This document shows positions 11,578 through 26,176 of a stretch of 64,000 nucleotides of DNA, piece by piece. Origin of the DNA: Takakia lepidozioides (taxonomy: Eukaryota; Plantae; Bryophyta); NCBI GenBank assembly GCA_030704615.1, contig CM060734.1:28706001-28770000 (forward strand), given 5' to 3'. Below the pieces are notes generated by a model. That model was not told where the DNA came from. It did no database searches and worked only from the letters and a program-made list of their open reading frames with translations. Each line of letters opens with the position of its first letter. Position 1 is the stretch's first letter. A program made the translations under genes and the position numbers.

Positions 11578-14500
11578 GTGGAGGAGGTGCACATTGTGAG
11601 TGTCATTACGGAGTTACCCAAGGGTTTTGAGGGGAGTACGGCTACAGGCAGTAACAGTGAGAGTGGGTTCACAAGACGAGGTATTCGGTTCAGACCACCT
11701 TCACCGCCACCCTCAATTACTGTAGAGTCAGACACAGACTCGGAGGCTTCATCAACAGGTGTGCACTTTCATTCGCCATTGTTGTGGGACGACATGGAGG
11801 AGATGTATGGAGCTACCAAGGGGCCTCGTAGGTACTCTGGAGCTGTGGGCACAATCGAGTTGGATGACTTTATCCAGGAGTTCGACAGCTGGTGTGATTT
11901 GCAGCAGATGCGCAATCCACAGCTATTCACCCCATTCATGGCGTGGAAGGGACTGTTCCAGCATTTGGAAGGCCCGCCTATGGACGATTACCACGAGTTC
12001 AGGCGAGGACATGAAGCAGAGATTGAGGAGTGGAGGATGTATTGGTCACCTGACTACGTCTCCATTACTCGAGGCACGACGCGACCAGTAGCTGCATCAG
12101 TACCAATAGCTCCCACTGCCAGCACTAGTAGTGGAGCAAGTAGTGCTGGTACTTCTGCAGGTGGTACCAGTTCAAAAGGTGCTACTACTCCTCCTGCCAC
12201 GACTACAACACATGTGCCTAGATTCAACCCGGTGGTGGAGTTCTTCCAGGAGTTGCGGAGGAACTACCAAGGTGTACGGACAGAGAAGCTGCGAAGTTTG
12301 CAAGACTTCCAGCGCAAACCCAGTGAGAGCCTGCGAGAGGCGTACACTCGTATGAGGCGCTTGATAAGTGTGACCCAAGGGGTTACTGAAGCTCAGGCAA
12401 TCCAGTTTTGGTATGGAATTCTGGACAAGGAGCTCAAGAGAAGGGTGCGAGATGCAACCCTGTTACAAGCAGCCCAACCCACATTAGCAGATGTGTTTCT
12501 GCTGGCTGAGCGGATTGAGCTCAACATGGTGGAGGAGCGAGTTGTTACAATTGGATTTGGCAAGGACATGCCTGCACGAGGGGCAGCTGCCAGCCCACAG
12601 GCACAAGGGACTGCCCAACAGCGTGGTCAGGGGGGCAAGGTTGCCCAGCCCAAGTTCCATGGAGCTTACAGGGGACCTCAGGTGCAGAGGCCCGTGGCAT
12701 CTTTTGCAGGCCAACAGCAACCAGGGGTGATATGTTGGACATGTGGAGGACCCCATGTCAAGAGAGATTGCCCAGAGAGTGGCAAAGGCCGGCACAAGCA
12801 CAGCCTGCACAGTTGCAGTGTGGGCATTGTGGCAAGTATGGGCATGGAGATGCCCAGTGTTATGACTTGCATCCTGAGTTGCGCCCAGGCCAGTTCCAAG
12901 GGAACAATGGTGGCCGGGGGCGAGGTGGACCAGCCCAAAGAGGACGAGGTGGTCGGGCACGAGGTGCAGGCCAAGGGCAAGCTCCACATGGCCAAGGACG
13001 CGGAGGTCAGGGTGTTGACCAAGGCATGGCCAATCGGCTTCAGCAGCTAGAGCAGAGGCTCGCTGCCATGGCTATAGCTCAGGCGGTACCGGCTCCCAGG
13101 CGGGATGGTCCACCTCCTGCTCCTGAGGGAGGAGATATGGGAGGCATGGGATTCATGTGCGGAGCAGCACTACCACTAGAGCAGGTGGAGTCTGCTGCAG
13201 CCGTGACTCGAGGAGCAGCACGAGTTCCTGAGCCACGAGGTGCAGAGGTGGAATTGGATCCACAGCGTGGGGAGGCAAGCCGTCAGGCAAGGCTTCCTCA
13301 GTCATTCACATTGGCGGAGACTGTGTCGACGCCATCCATGGCACCTAGTTCTCGCCCGACTGTTACCGAGGCGGAGGTTACTATGCCATTGGGGAGAGCT
13401 ACACGTGCAGCACTGACTCCTGCTGCCAAGGCTAGTGCGGCCGGTGTGTTATTGGGGGCAGCCACCTCTGTGTGTCAAGGCCCCACTGTTCTCGGCAACA
13501 ATGATTGCGACGCCGGGGGTGAGACCAGCTGCAGTGTTCAGACTAGCAGCAACACTCTGTGAGAGTGGGGAGGTCACTTCATCTTCTGCGGAGTTAGTGG
13601 AAGGTGTAGTGGCAGAGGGATCCTCGGATTTGAGGGTCAAGACTGCCACGGCTGCGCCATGGCAAGTTGCAGCTGCCAGGTTGACGGAGCTGCCAGCTAG
13701 GCCAGCCATTGAGCGCGCCATGGTGACACCTGGAGTTGTCTTGTTAGACAACCAGGGAGGCATTTTCACTTTGAGTGGACCGGCAGGCAAGAAGTACCGG
13801 CCACTGCGGGTCTTGTTGGACTCAGGAGCTCAGCCACTGATGTTGGGCAGAGCTGCTATTGCAGGTTTGGGCCTCATGGAGGCGGATATGGAGCCTTGTC
13901 CTTTCCAGATACAGACATCTCTGGGAGGATCAGAGCAGGCTCGCGGCATGACACGGCATCAGTTGGCTATTAGACTGCAGCCGGATCATCCTGTAGATGG
14001 CTCAGTGATGCGAGCCAAGGCCATTGTGACAGACGCGGTCTCTTACGATGTCCTCGTTGGTGGGGCAGTGTTATACCCCATGGGCTTCACCCTGGATTTC
14101 TGGGAGGAGTCAGCATCCTACAGGCCTGGATGGCAGTCAGGGGATGGTCGCCGTGCACAGCTCCCTGTGACATTCATTGGGGGTATTGCAGCTGCCCAGC
14201 GGGGCAAGATGCCAACACTAGCCGCCTTCACAGCTGCAGTTAGTTGGCCTGGAGAGTTGCTGGAAGGCAATGCCCATGCAGAGGATGTGCCACCTCCAGC
14301 AGAGCAGGATGACATGCATGGTACGGCGGAGTTGCCTGCCATGGTTGCTCACACTCCGTTGTGGGGTACGAGCAAGGATTTGCAGCAAGCTGCTGATGGA
14401 CGGGTGCAACAAGCTTGGGAAGAAGCTTTTGTACCGTCAGGAGAGGAGGAGAGTGCGGTGATTGCACCAGGGCCACCTCAGTTGTCGCCATTGGACACCA

Positions 14501-15779
14501 CACCTCTTGTGTGGCAGCGGCCGGATGAAGGCATTTGCCTTCTGGACTTGTTTGGCGGGATCAGCACCGGATTGGCTGCTGTGCTACAGGCAGGTGTGCG
14601 GGTAAGGCGTTACCTGTATGTGGAGAGGGATGAGACTGCACGACGCGTCTCACTGCGCCATGTGGCTCAGTTGGTACAGCAGTACCCTGACTTGTTGCCT
14701 GTGTCTGCAGTTCGTGGATACCAACAAGCCTTGCCAGCAGACATTTCCTTGTTGGGGGCGCAAGATTTGGAGCAGGTTGGCTCCATTGATCTGATAGTGG
14801 CAGGTTGCCCTGCCAAGGGCATTCATCAGCCGGGCATGGCAATGGATTGCGAGACTCGAGGACGGGTCTGTTTTGGGAGATGGTGCGGATTTTGCGCTGC
14901 TTGCAGCTTCATCAAGCTGTATCTCCAGCATACATCTTGGAGAATGTACCACTGATGGGTGATTCTCGGGCCAGGGTGATGGCCAGTGTGCATCAAGTCC
15001 GGTCGTGGCTTGGGTCAGCAGTGTTGCTGGATGCAGCTGCAGTGGGGTCACGGGCTCATCGTCCACGACTATGGTGGACTAACTTGATGCCACCCGCACT
15101 GCTCAAGCGTGCATTTGATGGGGTGCAGCGGCCAGCACACCTCACCGTGGATGGCATTTTGGACACAGGAAGGCAGTCTCAACGTGTGAGACACGATGAC
15201 CGTTCGCCTTTGGCAGTGGTCAACAGGGTGGGTCAACCACGAGCAGCATTACCTACACTGCTCAGCTTCCCAGGATCCCATGCTTTTCGGGATGGTGGAC
15301 CTGGCCTCCTGTGGGATGCTCAGTTGCAGCAGTTAGTGGAGCCTAATGCCGACGAGCGAGAGCGGGCTATGGGGTTTTCCACTGGGACCACGGCGGTGCC
15401 TTCTCTTTCTGAGGCATCACGTCGTCAGGTGTTGGGGCAAGCAATGGATCTCAATTGCTTGACCTGGATTGTCAGCTTGGCTATGGCTGAGCAACGTAGA
15501 GTGCGGAGTGCACTTCCCTTGACGGTCTCTCTGCCTACCGAGACGGTACAGGCAGCGAGTGGGGGCGAGCCGGTGAGGACCACGAGGTGTAGACATCCAT
15601 GGCACATGTGGGAGGTGCTCGAGGTTCAGAGGGAGTTGGCAGCGAAGGCAGCTGTGATGGATGAGGTTGGGGATTCTTCTCGGGATGAGGAGGTTCTCAA
15701 TGATGAGATGATGGGGCAGGATGAGGCCTTGTCATTGACTGAGCAGGAAGGGGGTACTGCTCAAGAGGTTGCAGCATAG
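11578..15779 (+). pseudogene. gag-protease-C5 DNA methyltransferase (DNMT3-like) polyprotein, with three single-base frameshifts (~12790, ~13478, ~14806)
   Basis: CWTCGGPHVKRDC and CGHCGKYGHGDAQC knuckles; LLDSGAQ; DNMT motifs LDLFGGI (I), G(W)PCQG (IV), ILENV (VI), AHRPRLWWTN (VIII), ERERAMGF (IX), RRQVLGQAM (X) at ~14533-15490. Confidence 0.92.
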
Positions 15780-18700
15780 CAACCACGGGACGCGTCCTCT
15801 ACCTCTAAGCCCACTGGACTTAAGGTTGCAGTTACGGAGGACAATTGGGAGCCTGACATTGGACCCATTGTCACCGGAGGAGAGAGACGACGTATACGGC
15901 GGTTCCTGAGGGCTTATAGGAATTGCTTTGCCTTCAGTTTGAAGGACTTGGGAGCACTGAAGGGTCAAGAGATCCGTATTGAGTTGGCCACTGACACGCC
16001 AATCTTTCGGAGACCCTATAGATACAGTGACATGGAGAGGTCTTTGATTCAGATGAGGACTCAAGATCTCTGGGAGGCAGGTTTGGTGGAGCTCTCTGGT
16101 GGAGAGTATGCTTCAGCCACAGTGATGCCAGCTAAGAAGGATGTCTATGGCAATTGGACGGAGAGACGTATGTGCGGTGATTACCGGCCTGTAAATCGTC
16201 AGACCAAGTCCGATAGGTATGCCATGCCAACACCAGAGGAGATCTTTGATGCCATTGGGCATTCCAAGGTCTTTAGCACGTTGGATTTACGATCCGGATA
16301 TCACCAGTTGCCGATCAAGGAGGCGGATAAGCAAAAGACGGCATTCTGGGGGATCAATGAGCACGGGAAGGATTGCCTATACCAGTGGCGGTTCTTACCA
16401 TTTGGGCTTAAAAACGCTCCCGCTGAGTTTCAAAGAGTCATGGACAGGATTCTAGCAGGGGTGGAGTTTGCTCGGTGCTACATAGATGACATCATCATCT
16501 TTAGTGCTACGGTGGAGGAGCATGAGAGACACCTTCAGGGGGTATTTGAGCGCTTGAGGACGCACGGATTGAAGTTACATCCGGGCAAGTGCAAGTTTTT
16601 CCACAACCAGATTGAGTATCTGGGTCACATGATATATCCTGGAGGATTGGGGGTACAGCAGACTAAGGTAGAGTCCATTGCACAGGTTCCACGCCCCACG
16701 GATGTGAGCCGAGTTCGAGCTTTCATGGGGTTAGCAAACTATTACAGACGGTTTGTTAAGGGATTTAGTGCCATTGCAAAGGCTCTAACCAAGCTGACCA
16801 AGGTGGACCAGGAGTGGCAGTGGGAAGATGAGCAAGAACAAGCTTTTCAAGAGCTCAAGGCGAGGTTGACCTCGGCGCCCATCTTGAGACGACCTATCAG
16901 GGGGCGTCCTTTTCAGCTGCATACAGATTGGAGCATGCTGGGGCTTGGAGCGGTGCTCACACAGGTGGATGATGAGGGAAGAGAGTTCGTAGTGGCTTAT
17001 GCTAGCCGCTCGAACAATGCTGCAGAGTCTAAGTATAGCTCATATGAGGGAGAATGCTTAGCTGCAGTGTGGGCCGTGGCACACTTCAGGTGCTATCTAT
17101 ACGGCAATCTCTTCACCCTTGTCACGGATCACCAACCACTCAAGTGGTTGATGGAGTCAGACAAGCTTACGGGGAAGCTTGCACGGTGGGCACTCATCCT
17201 TCAAGAGTATGACTTTCAGGTGGTGCATCGACCGGGTTTGGTCAATCGAAATGCAGATGGGTTGAGTCGCAATCCATGCACGAGCCAGCAGGATGACACT
17301 GGAGCTCGGTGGCATGGTGAGACGGACGAGGAGATGGTGCCCGGATGGCATGCATCTGCATTTCTGTGTATCTTGGCAGCGGAAGGCCAGGTTGGACCTA
17401 CAACAGGGATGACTGTAGATCAAGTGTCTGAGGACCCTGAGGCCAGCAATGAGCAGGGTGGCGCCAAAGATATACATGAGGATTCAGTTGTGTTGGACTA
17501 CCTCCGCAGTGGAGACACGGCAGCCACTATGACTGCCAAGGAGAGGGATCGGATCCTACAACGAGCCAAGAGGTTCAGGTGGGAGGGGACACACCTGCTC
17601 CGAGTGTGGGAGGATGGTCGAGTGAGGATTGTGCCTCACCCAACACAGCGGGCACGGTTAGTGCGGCATGCCCATGAGGAGTTGGGGCATTTTGGGGTGC
17701 GACGCACTCATAGTCTACTGAAGGGGCAGTATTGGTGGCGTGGTATGCACACAGAGGTGCAACAATTTGTGGCTAGGTGCATGGTGTGTGACAGGGTGCG
17801 TGCTTCATTCAACGCCCCTACTCCACAATTGCACCCTCTTCCGATCATGGGATTGGGCTACAGGTGGAGTCTTGACTTCGCAGGGCCGTTGCCACTGACC
17901 ATGCGCCACAACAAGTACGTGTTGGTGATGGTGGAGCACTTCTCCAAGTGGATTGAATTGGTTCCATTGCCTGATAAGGCTAGTGAGGGAGCTGCGTATG
18001 CATTCCTGGATTGTGTGCTTAGCCGATTCGGTGCTCCAGCTGAGGTACTCACGGACCAAGGGAGAGAGTTCTTGGGGGAGTTTCAGGCTTTGTGTGACAA
18101 GGCCTTGATAGACCACCGCACCACTTCCGGGATCATCCTGAAGCCGATGGCTTGGCAGAGAGAGTTGTTCAGACAGTAAAGAGGGGTTTGCGCAAGTATG
18201 GCTTGCAGAAGGGACACCTAGGAGATTGGGACCTTCAGTTACCCTGGTTAGCCATGGGCTACAGGTTCAGCAAGCAAGCATCACTTGCCTCCTTCTCACC
18301 ATACTTTCTTCTCTTTGGCCGAGAGCCGGATTTGCCTACATCCATTCGCAGAGAAGCTGCTACAGTTCTTAACCTTGACGATCCGGACGTGTGGGCACGT
18401 GCATGTGAGCAGCGTGCAGAGTTGTTCAAGAGAGTCATGCCCATGGCTTTCGAGAACCTTGCCATTGCACAACACCGTGATACGTTGAGGTATGCTACCA
18501 TACGTGGTGGGGGCTATCGTCCTGGGGTTCGGAGATTCAACCCTGGTGACTATGTCTATCTGCAGCAGACTGCTCCTACGACCCTGGATGTGACTGCAGG
18601 ACGTGTTATTTTGAGGGTTCGAGAGGTCTTGCCCTCAGGCGTCTTGGTCTTGGAGGGTCGGGATGGCATAACTTGGAAGGACCATGTGCGTAATTGTGCG

Positions 18701-18913
18701 CCATGTCACCTTCCGAATGTCGATGGCAGGATTGACCCAAACCTGGCAGTGGTATCTGCAGGTTTGAGGTGCATGTTGTGTGGGTCTGCTAAAGGGGCAG
18801 CCACCATGCTGGTGTGTGATCGATGCTCTAGAGGTTGGCATATGGGGTGCTTGACTCCACCTCTTGAGATGGTTCCAGATGGGGATTGGTTATGTCCACA
18901 ATGCATTGGATAG
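15780..18913 (+). pseudogene. RT - RNase H - integrase - PHD finger, in frame after the TAG at 15777-15779; one frameshift at ~18125
   Basis: [30 protein letters not shown]..CxxC zinc-binding domain, LDFAGP/TDQG/AER catalytic triad, C4HC3 PHD CMLC..CDRC..HMGC..WLCPQC. Confidence 0.93.
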
Positions 18914-19173
18914 TGGGAGTGGATACAACCATGGGAGGCTAACAAGCAACGCAAGGTCCAGCTACTAGGAGACCTTGAACACACGAGGTCCTGGCTCAAG
19001 TTCACAGATTGCAAGATGGCGACTAACGATGGGGCTACTCTTGTACCCGGCCTCTTGGTCTATAGAGTTTGAGTACAATAGGGACAGTGATAGAGGACTT
19101 AGTACGGCTGTGGCTATTACATCTTGTAGCTATCTGGAGGTAGAGGGACCTATCCACCAGCTAGGGAGGCGAT

Positions 19174-19706
19174 TGTGGCAGACTACTTTATTGTGCATAT
19201 ATGTGTGGTGTGGTTTGGACAGCGATGTAGTTGTGTAGCGATATGTATGCGCACGACAGCTGTCAAGTTAAATAAGCACAGTGTGAAAACAGCTAGAATA
19301 AAACTAGTTATTTGTATTTAACACTTGGATTTAGGTCAAGTGTTAAATCAGGTGTCAAGTTTAGTTTGACACCTGGTCCGTCTTATCTTCACGAGAGCGG
19401 CAGTCGCGCGGCTCATCTTTCTCGAGTTGAGCCTGCGCGACCGAGCTCCTGTGTGCGTTTAGATCTGAGTGTACTCATGATGGGAGTGTAGGTTGTTGTG
19501 GGGTGGAGTCCCCATAGCTTGGGGTGCCCCTGGCTCGACTACTGTTTTAAAGAGTGATGGTTTTGGATTTCACATTGTTTCTTGTGTGGAGAGCAGTGTC
19601 ATTTGTTAGCTTTCTTATCATTGTGGCAGACTACTTTATTGTGCATATATGTGTGGTGTGGTTTGGACAGCGATGTAGTTGTGTAGCGATATGTATGCGC
19701 ACGACA
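19174..19706 (+). repeat. B1 (19174-19258) - GC - A2 (19261-19620) - T - B2 (19622-19706) terminal repeat block, preceded by a PPT-like tract (AGGGAGG, ~19163-19169)
   Basis: B1 and B2 are identical 85-bp repeats; A2 matches A1; the B1/A2 joint is the palindrome GACAGCTGTC. Confidence 0.93.
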
Positions 19707-19995
19707 AGTCGTTGAAACGACTTGCTAGTTATTTTTAAACTAGTGGTTAGTGCTCATATAGTACGAGATCGTAACTATTCAGCAGCGTGAAGCAACGCGG
19801 CTACGGCGCGTGTCCTGCCTCCAAGAGAACACGTGGAGTTTTTACACTGAGCCACGCGGCTGTATTCCCGGCGTGCACACGGTGGGGAAGTCGGAACCCG
19901 CCGGTCAAAAATCCACTGTGGTCAAGGTCCAAGATTCAGTCAATGCCGCGCGTGGCGATGCCACGTACACCTTAAAAATTACCCTGCAGTTGGCA

Positions 19996-21922
19996 TCACG
20001 ACTGACTGGAACGACTCTGACCACGTAATGACCGGAATGACTGGGCTATTTGATAGGTCTTGTCCTTTCGGACTCGTAGTCGCCCAATCGTTTTTTGACT
20101 GAAACGACCGGATTTCCAGTCATTTTTTGAGTCGTTATTTTGGCGATTCCTTGTAGTGAAAGCAGTCTGGTGGATGGGAGTATGCTGGACGAGAGTTTGG
20201 TAGATGGGAGTACTATGCTGGACAAGACTGTGCTGACTGTGAGTCTGCTGGCCAAGACTGTACTGGATGGGAGTCTGGTGGGCAAGAGTCTGCTGGATGC
20301 CAGATTGGATGGGCTCTGTATCCACCGAGACTGCAGTCAGTATGGTGTTGACCGAAGAATTGGCGCGTGCTTTGTCTGCAGAGTCCAGTGCTGCTATGGC
20401 GTCTACTGAGCCATGATACTTGAACAAGATGTACTCCCGCACCCGCTCCACTTCCCGACGCATCGCATTCACTCCTAAAGGAGGGTCAGAGCTCACTGTC
20501 TGCCAAGCACACATGGCCTCCCGAATACTGGCTCGTTCATTCTGGTATATGACAGAAAACCCTCAGCAGCAGACTCACGACATCAGACTCACCAACAGAC
20601 TCACCAGCATCGTGGCACAGAACAAATGAACCAGCGGACTCTAGCAGACTCAACGGCAAGAGACACGTGCGCACGTACAGTAGATTGAACCAGCAGACTC
20701 TATGATAACAGACACATGCGCACCTACAGTGGACTGCAGGAGGGGACTGTACTACTGGACTCAGGAAGCAAGACGAGCAAACTCATGGGACTGACCAGCA
20801 AGTCCACAAGCAGATTGATGCAGCAGACCGAGCAGGTAGACTACCAACTGTGGGGACAGACTGGGCATTACCTCATTGTCTTCGTCGACACAGACGTCCT
20901 CCTCATCTTCAAGGGAGCTCAACCAATTTTCCTCCGCTGCTCGGATGGTTCTGCTGAGCTGTCCGGACTGGGCAAAACTGTAGAAAAAACGGAAGAACTT
21001 TGGATCGTCCACTGGTGGGCACACCGATGGGAGAAGCCCAAATGGTATCAGGCGCAATGTGGCAGTCTGCTGAGCCGTCTGCAGACATCATCGGAATGAT
21101 GAATTCGCAGGACTGGGAGGGGTCTCATCTCCCGTCGACATTGTCTTGCCTGACCAGTCGAGGGTTCATGTGGACGAAGTCCAGTCGAAAGAGACTAGAA
21201 GTGGAGTCTGTCGTAGACCGTCTCCCTGGCATAGTCCGTGACACTTCCCGATTGTCTTGGGGGCGAGTCTGCTGTTGAGATTTTGCCCTCGCCTCCCGAC
21301 CAGACCTTGCAGTTTTTTCTCTTTCCTTCTTCTGGGCCCCATCACTAAGTTTCCTTTTTCTGGGAGCCATAGGCGATGGCGATGTCAGGTCATGCACATC
21401 TTGCATTGAAACAGTAGAACCCACCCCATACCGTGTGCGCACTTCCGCCAAAGTGCGGGCCTTTGGGTTTGCGCCGCGGAGTCTGGTAGGGGCCGTATTC
21501 ACCACCCTCATTGAACTTTGAACTGGCCACGGCTTGAAGCCAGGTGGGATGTGGCGTTTATTTTTGCAACCCATGTCAACACAATGGCGGTTTAGCTGCA
21601 CTTTGTCCTTGATAATTTCACTACAGAAGGGACAATGGAGCTTATCCTTCTGCTAGTTGGAGTCTGCAAGCTTGATTGCGCGGAGGTCTAAGAATGCTTT
21701 GACTATTTTCGCATCATACTCCTCAGGTGAGTACCAGTACCTTTGCTCCTTTAGCCTGGACTTGTGCACGAAATGCAACCAGTCTGCTCCACCCTTTTCA
21801 CAAGCATCCTCCATGGCTACAGAATCAGACAAGAGATGCAGCGGCAATGAGCGACAGGTCCAGACTAGGAATAAGAAAGCTAAGAAGACCGGAAAAGAGA
21901 GTGAAAAGAAACCAAAGCACAA
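19996..21922 (-). other. Unclassified decayed coding-like segment (CPFC..HC zinc-finger-like piece and a ~30-bp tandem repeat at ~20160-20310) in a CAGACT-rich region
   Basis: ORF 21653-21922 continues past a stop into LHCPFCSEIIKDKVQLNRHC; QHTPIHQTL-like repeats; no recognisable family. Confidence 0.3.
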
Positions 21923-24318
21923 AGAAGAAAGCTCACCGGGCGTGTTGCGGAGGCGACGGTTGTTGCGACGATTTGGTGCTCACGCGACTGTCTGTGCCTC
22001 GAAAAGCTAACACGCACAAAGGAAAGCGGGCTCGCACAAATAGGAGGTGGACGGGCCTAAAACGAAACAGTGCGAAAGAAGTCCAGCGGTAAGTAGAGAA
22101 CATGTATAACCCTGCATGCCGACACATGCCGCGGAGTGACGTGGTGAGATTTCATTGGCGCCCCTTTTTGGCCACCATCGCATTCAATAGTTGCAGACCC
22201 CTCACACGTGTTGTCGGTATGCCACTGCACGGACAGTCCAGCAGACGGAAGGTTCAACAGAATGAAGAAGAGACTGAGGCAGACGGGATGAGTGGGACTC
22301 TCGTCAGTCTGCCGTCGCCGCATTCATTAAGTCCAGCAGACTTACTCCTGATGACAAAGACGGTTGAGCAGACCCAGTACAGTCGACAACAGACTCATAT
22401 GCCACTGCAAGGACAGACTGACAGACCGGAAGGTTCAACAGACTGACGAAGAGACTGGCGCAGAGTAATTTGCGCGACAACAGACTGATTTCTAACAGAC
22501 TAATATCCCAAAAGACATAGTATCCCCTAGGCGGCCGGGTGATACGGGAGTAGAGGTTGAACCATAAACCGCACTTTCTGTCCGAGTTCGGACGCGGCGC
22601 GAGATCACTGGCGCCCCTTCCCGCCGTCGTTGCATTAATAGGTCCAACAGACTTACACGTGATCATAATGACGGCTCAACAGACCCAACGCAAACAGACT
22701 TGCGCCACAGCAGACTGACTTCGTGATAGTCTAGCTGACTGATATTAGAAGAGACCGACAGACCAGCAGTCCGACGGCTCAGCAGACTCACGACAATGCG
22801 GATAATTAAAAGGTAGTAGTTAAACGGAATCATATCCGAAGAGACGGACTTCCAGCTGATCGTCGGCTCAACAGACTGACGAGAGAAGAGACTTTGGGGA
22901 TAAGACGAGAGAAGAGACTTCGCAATTCGGCAGGCAGTGACGGCCCAGTAGTCCACTGAAGAACATACTCGCGCCATACCAGACTGATATCCCTACAGAC
23001 CAACAGTCCAGCAGACCAGACTGATATCCCATCAGAACCACGCTGACGTCGCCATCATGCCGTGGTTGCATTTCATACGTCCAACAGACTTGCATATGGC
23101 CATACTCATGGCACAACACACTACTTAGAGAAAGTACTGACAAAGACGCAGTCGAAGAGTCTGTTGATCCACGTGCATTTGCAGTCATAAGGACCTCGAA
23201 CATCCACAAGCAACGTGAATCCACATCTCTTAGGCTACGTCTCTTTTCCCATTGTCCAATTTGCAAGGAGACGGTAGAGATTCAGGAGGTGCATCTGGAT
23301 GTTTGAGGACCTTTGGATAGGATCCTGTTCCGTTCACACTCTCCGCAGTTCCCAGACATGTGGTGGCAGAGACGTCCTCCCCTGAACAATCTCATCGGTG
23401 GACATAAATTCTGCAATGTATACATGCCCCCACGTGCATATGCTTCCGCGATTTCCGCTATCGTGTTACCAATGGTTTCCTGCTCCATACGAAGGAGCTC
23501 GGACTCGGACACACACCACAAACCGTAAATGCATGCAATTTTTCCACATATCGTCCTAAAAAATAACCACGTCAACACAAAACGAAGGCGAAAATAGTAG
23601 AAGCATATGCATGATGGTGGCTGTAGAGCCCCGCCAACCCTCTCATGTTCAGGCACACCCTTCATCGTCATTAAAATTGCCCTAAACAAGAAGAACAGCC
23701 GCGTGTGTGCAAAGTCAGCTCCGCAACATTGGACAACAAAGAGCCGCAAGAACGAGACAACAAGAACGAGTGGCCGAGTTCGTGGCAGGATGTTGCGATT
23801 TTCCATGCCCTAAACATGGATGGCGCGGATGGGTTTCTCAGAATGGACGATCCAGATCCTTTGGCCGGCGCGGACTGGCAGACTGGCAGACTGGGGGCAG
23901 ACGGGCACAACGGACTATTGGGTGGACTTGCGGGGACTGGCGTGCACAGCGGACTGGCGGACGGACTGGTTGCCGCGGACCGGGGCGGGGCTGCCGTGGG
24001 CGCGGCTGCTGGGCCGCTGCAGCAGCGGGCGCGGCTGGGCGACCGCGTGCAGCGACGGGCGGGGGTTCCGGGTGGGGGAGCCTGGCGTCCATGCGCAGGG
24101 CCCACCGGTCAGCTTGCGCATGCGCCATAACGTCCCAATTATTGTAAAATGAGAGGCTTTACCCTCCATGTTATTGTTTTTGGGACCTTAAAAAGAATCC
24201 ATTTTTAATGAAATTGCTCTACCTATTCCCTGCTATTAGTTCAGTTCTTCTCATTTACTTGCGGCTTTCGCTGTCTCCGCTCTTCTTCTTGCAGTTTTAA
24301 GTTATAGGTGTCGGATGA

Positions 24319-26176
<1,858 letters not shown>

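Noticed and set aside
18975-19238. Short ORF after integrase (also 54383-54646) as an env-like gene
   Set aside because: The two copies are too similar for conservation to be informative; it overlaps the PPT and B repeat and has no motif
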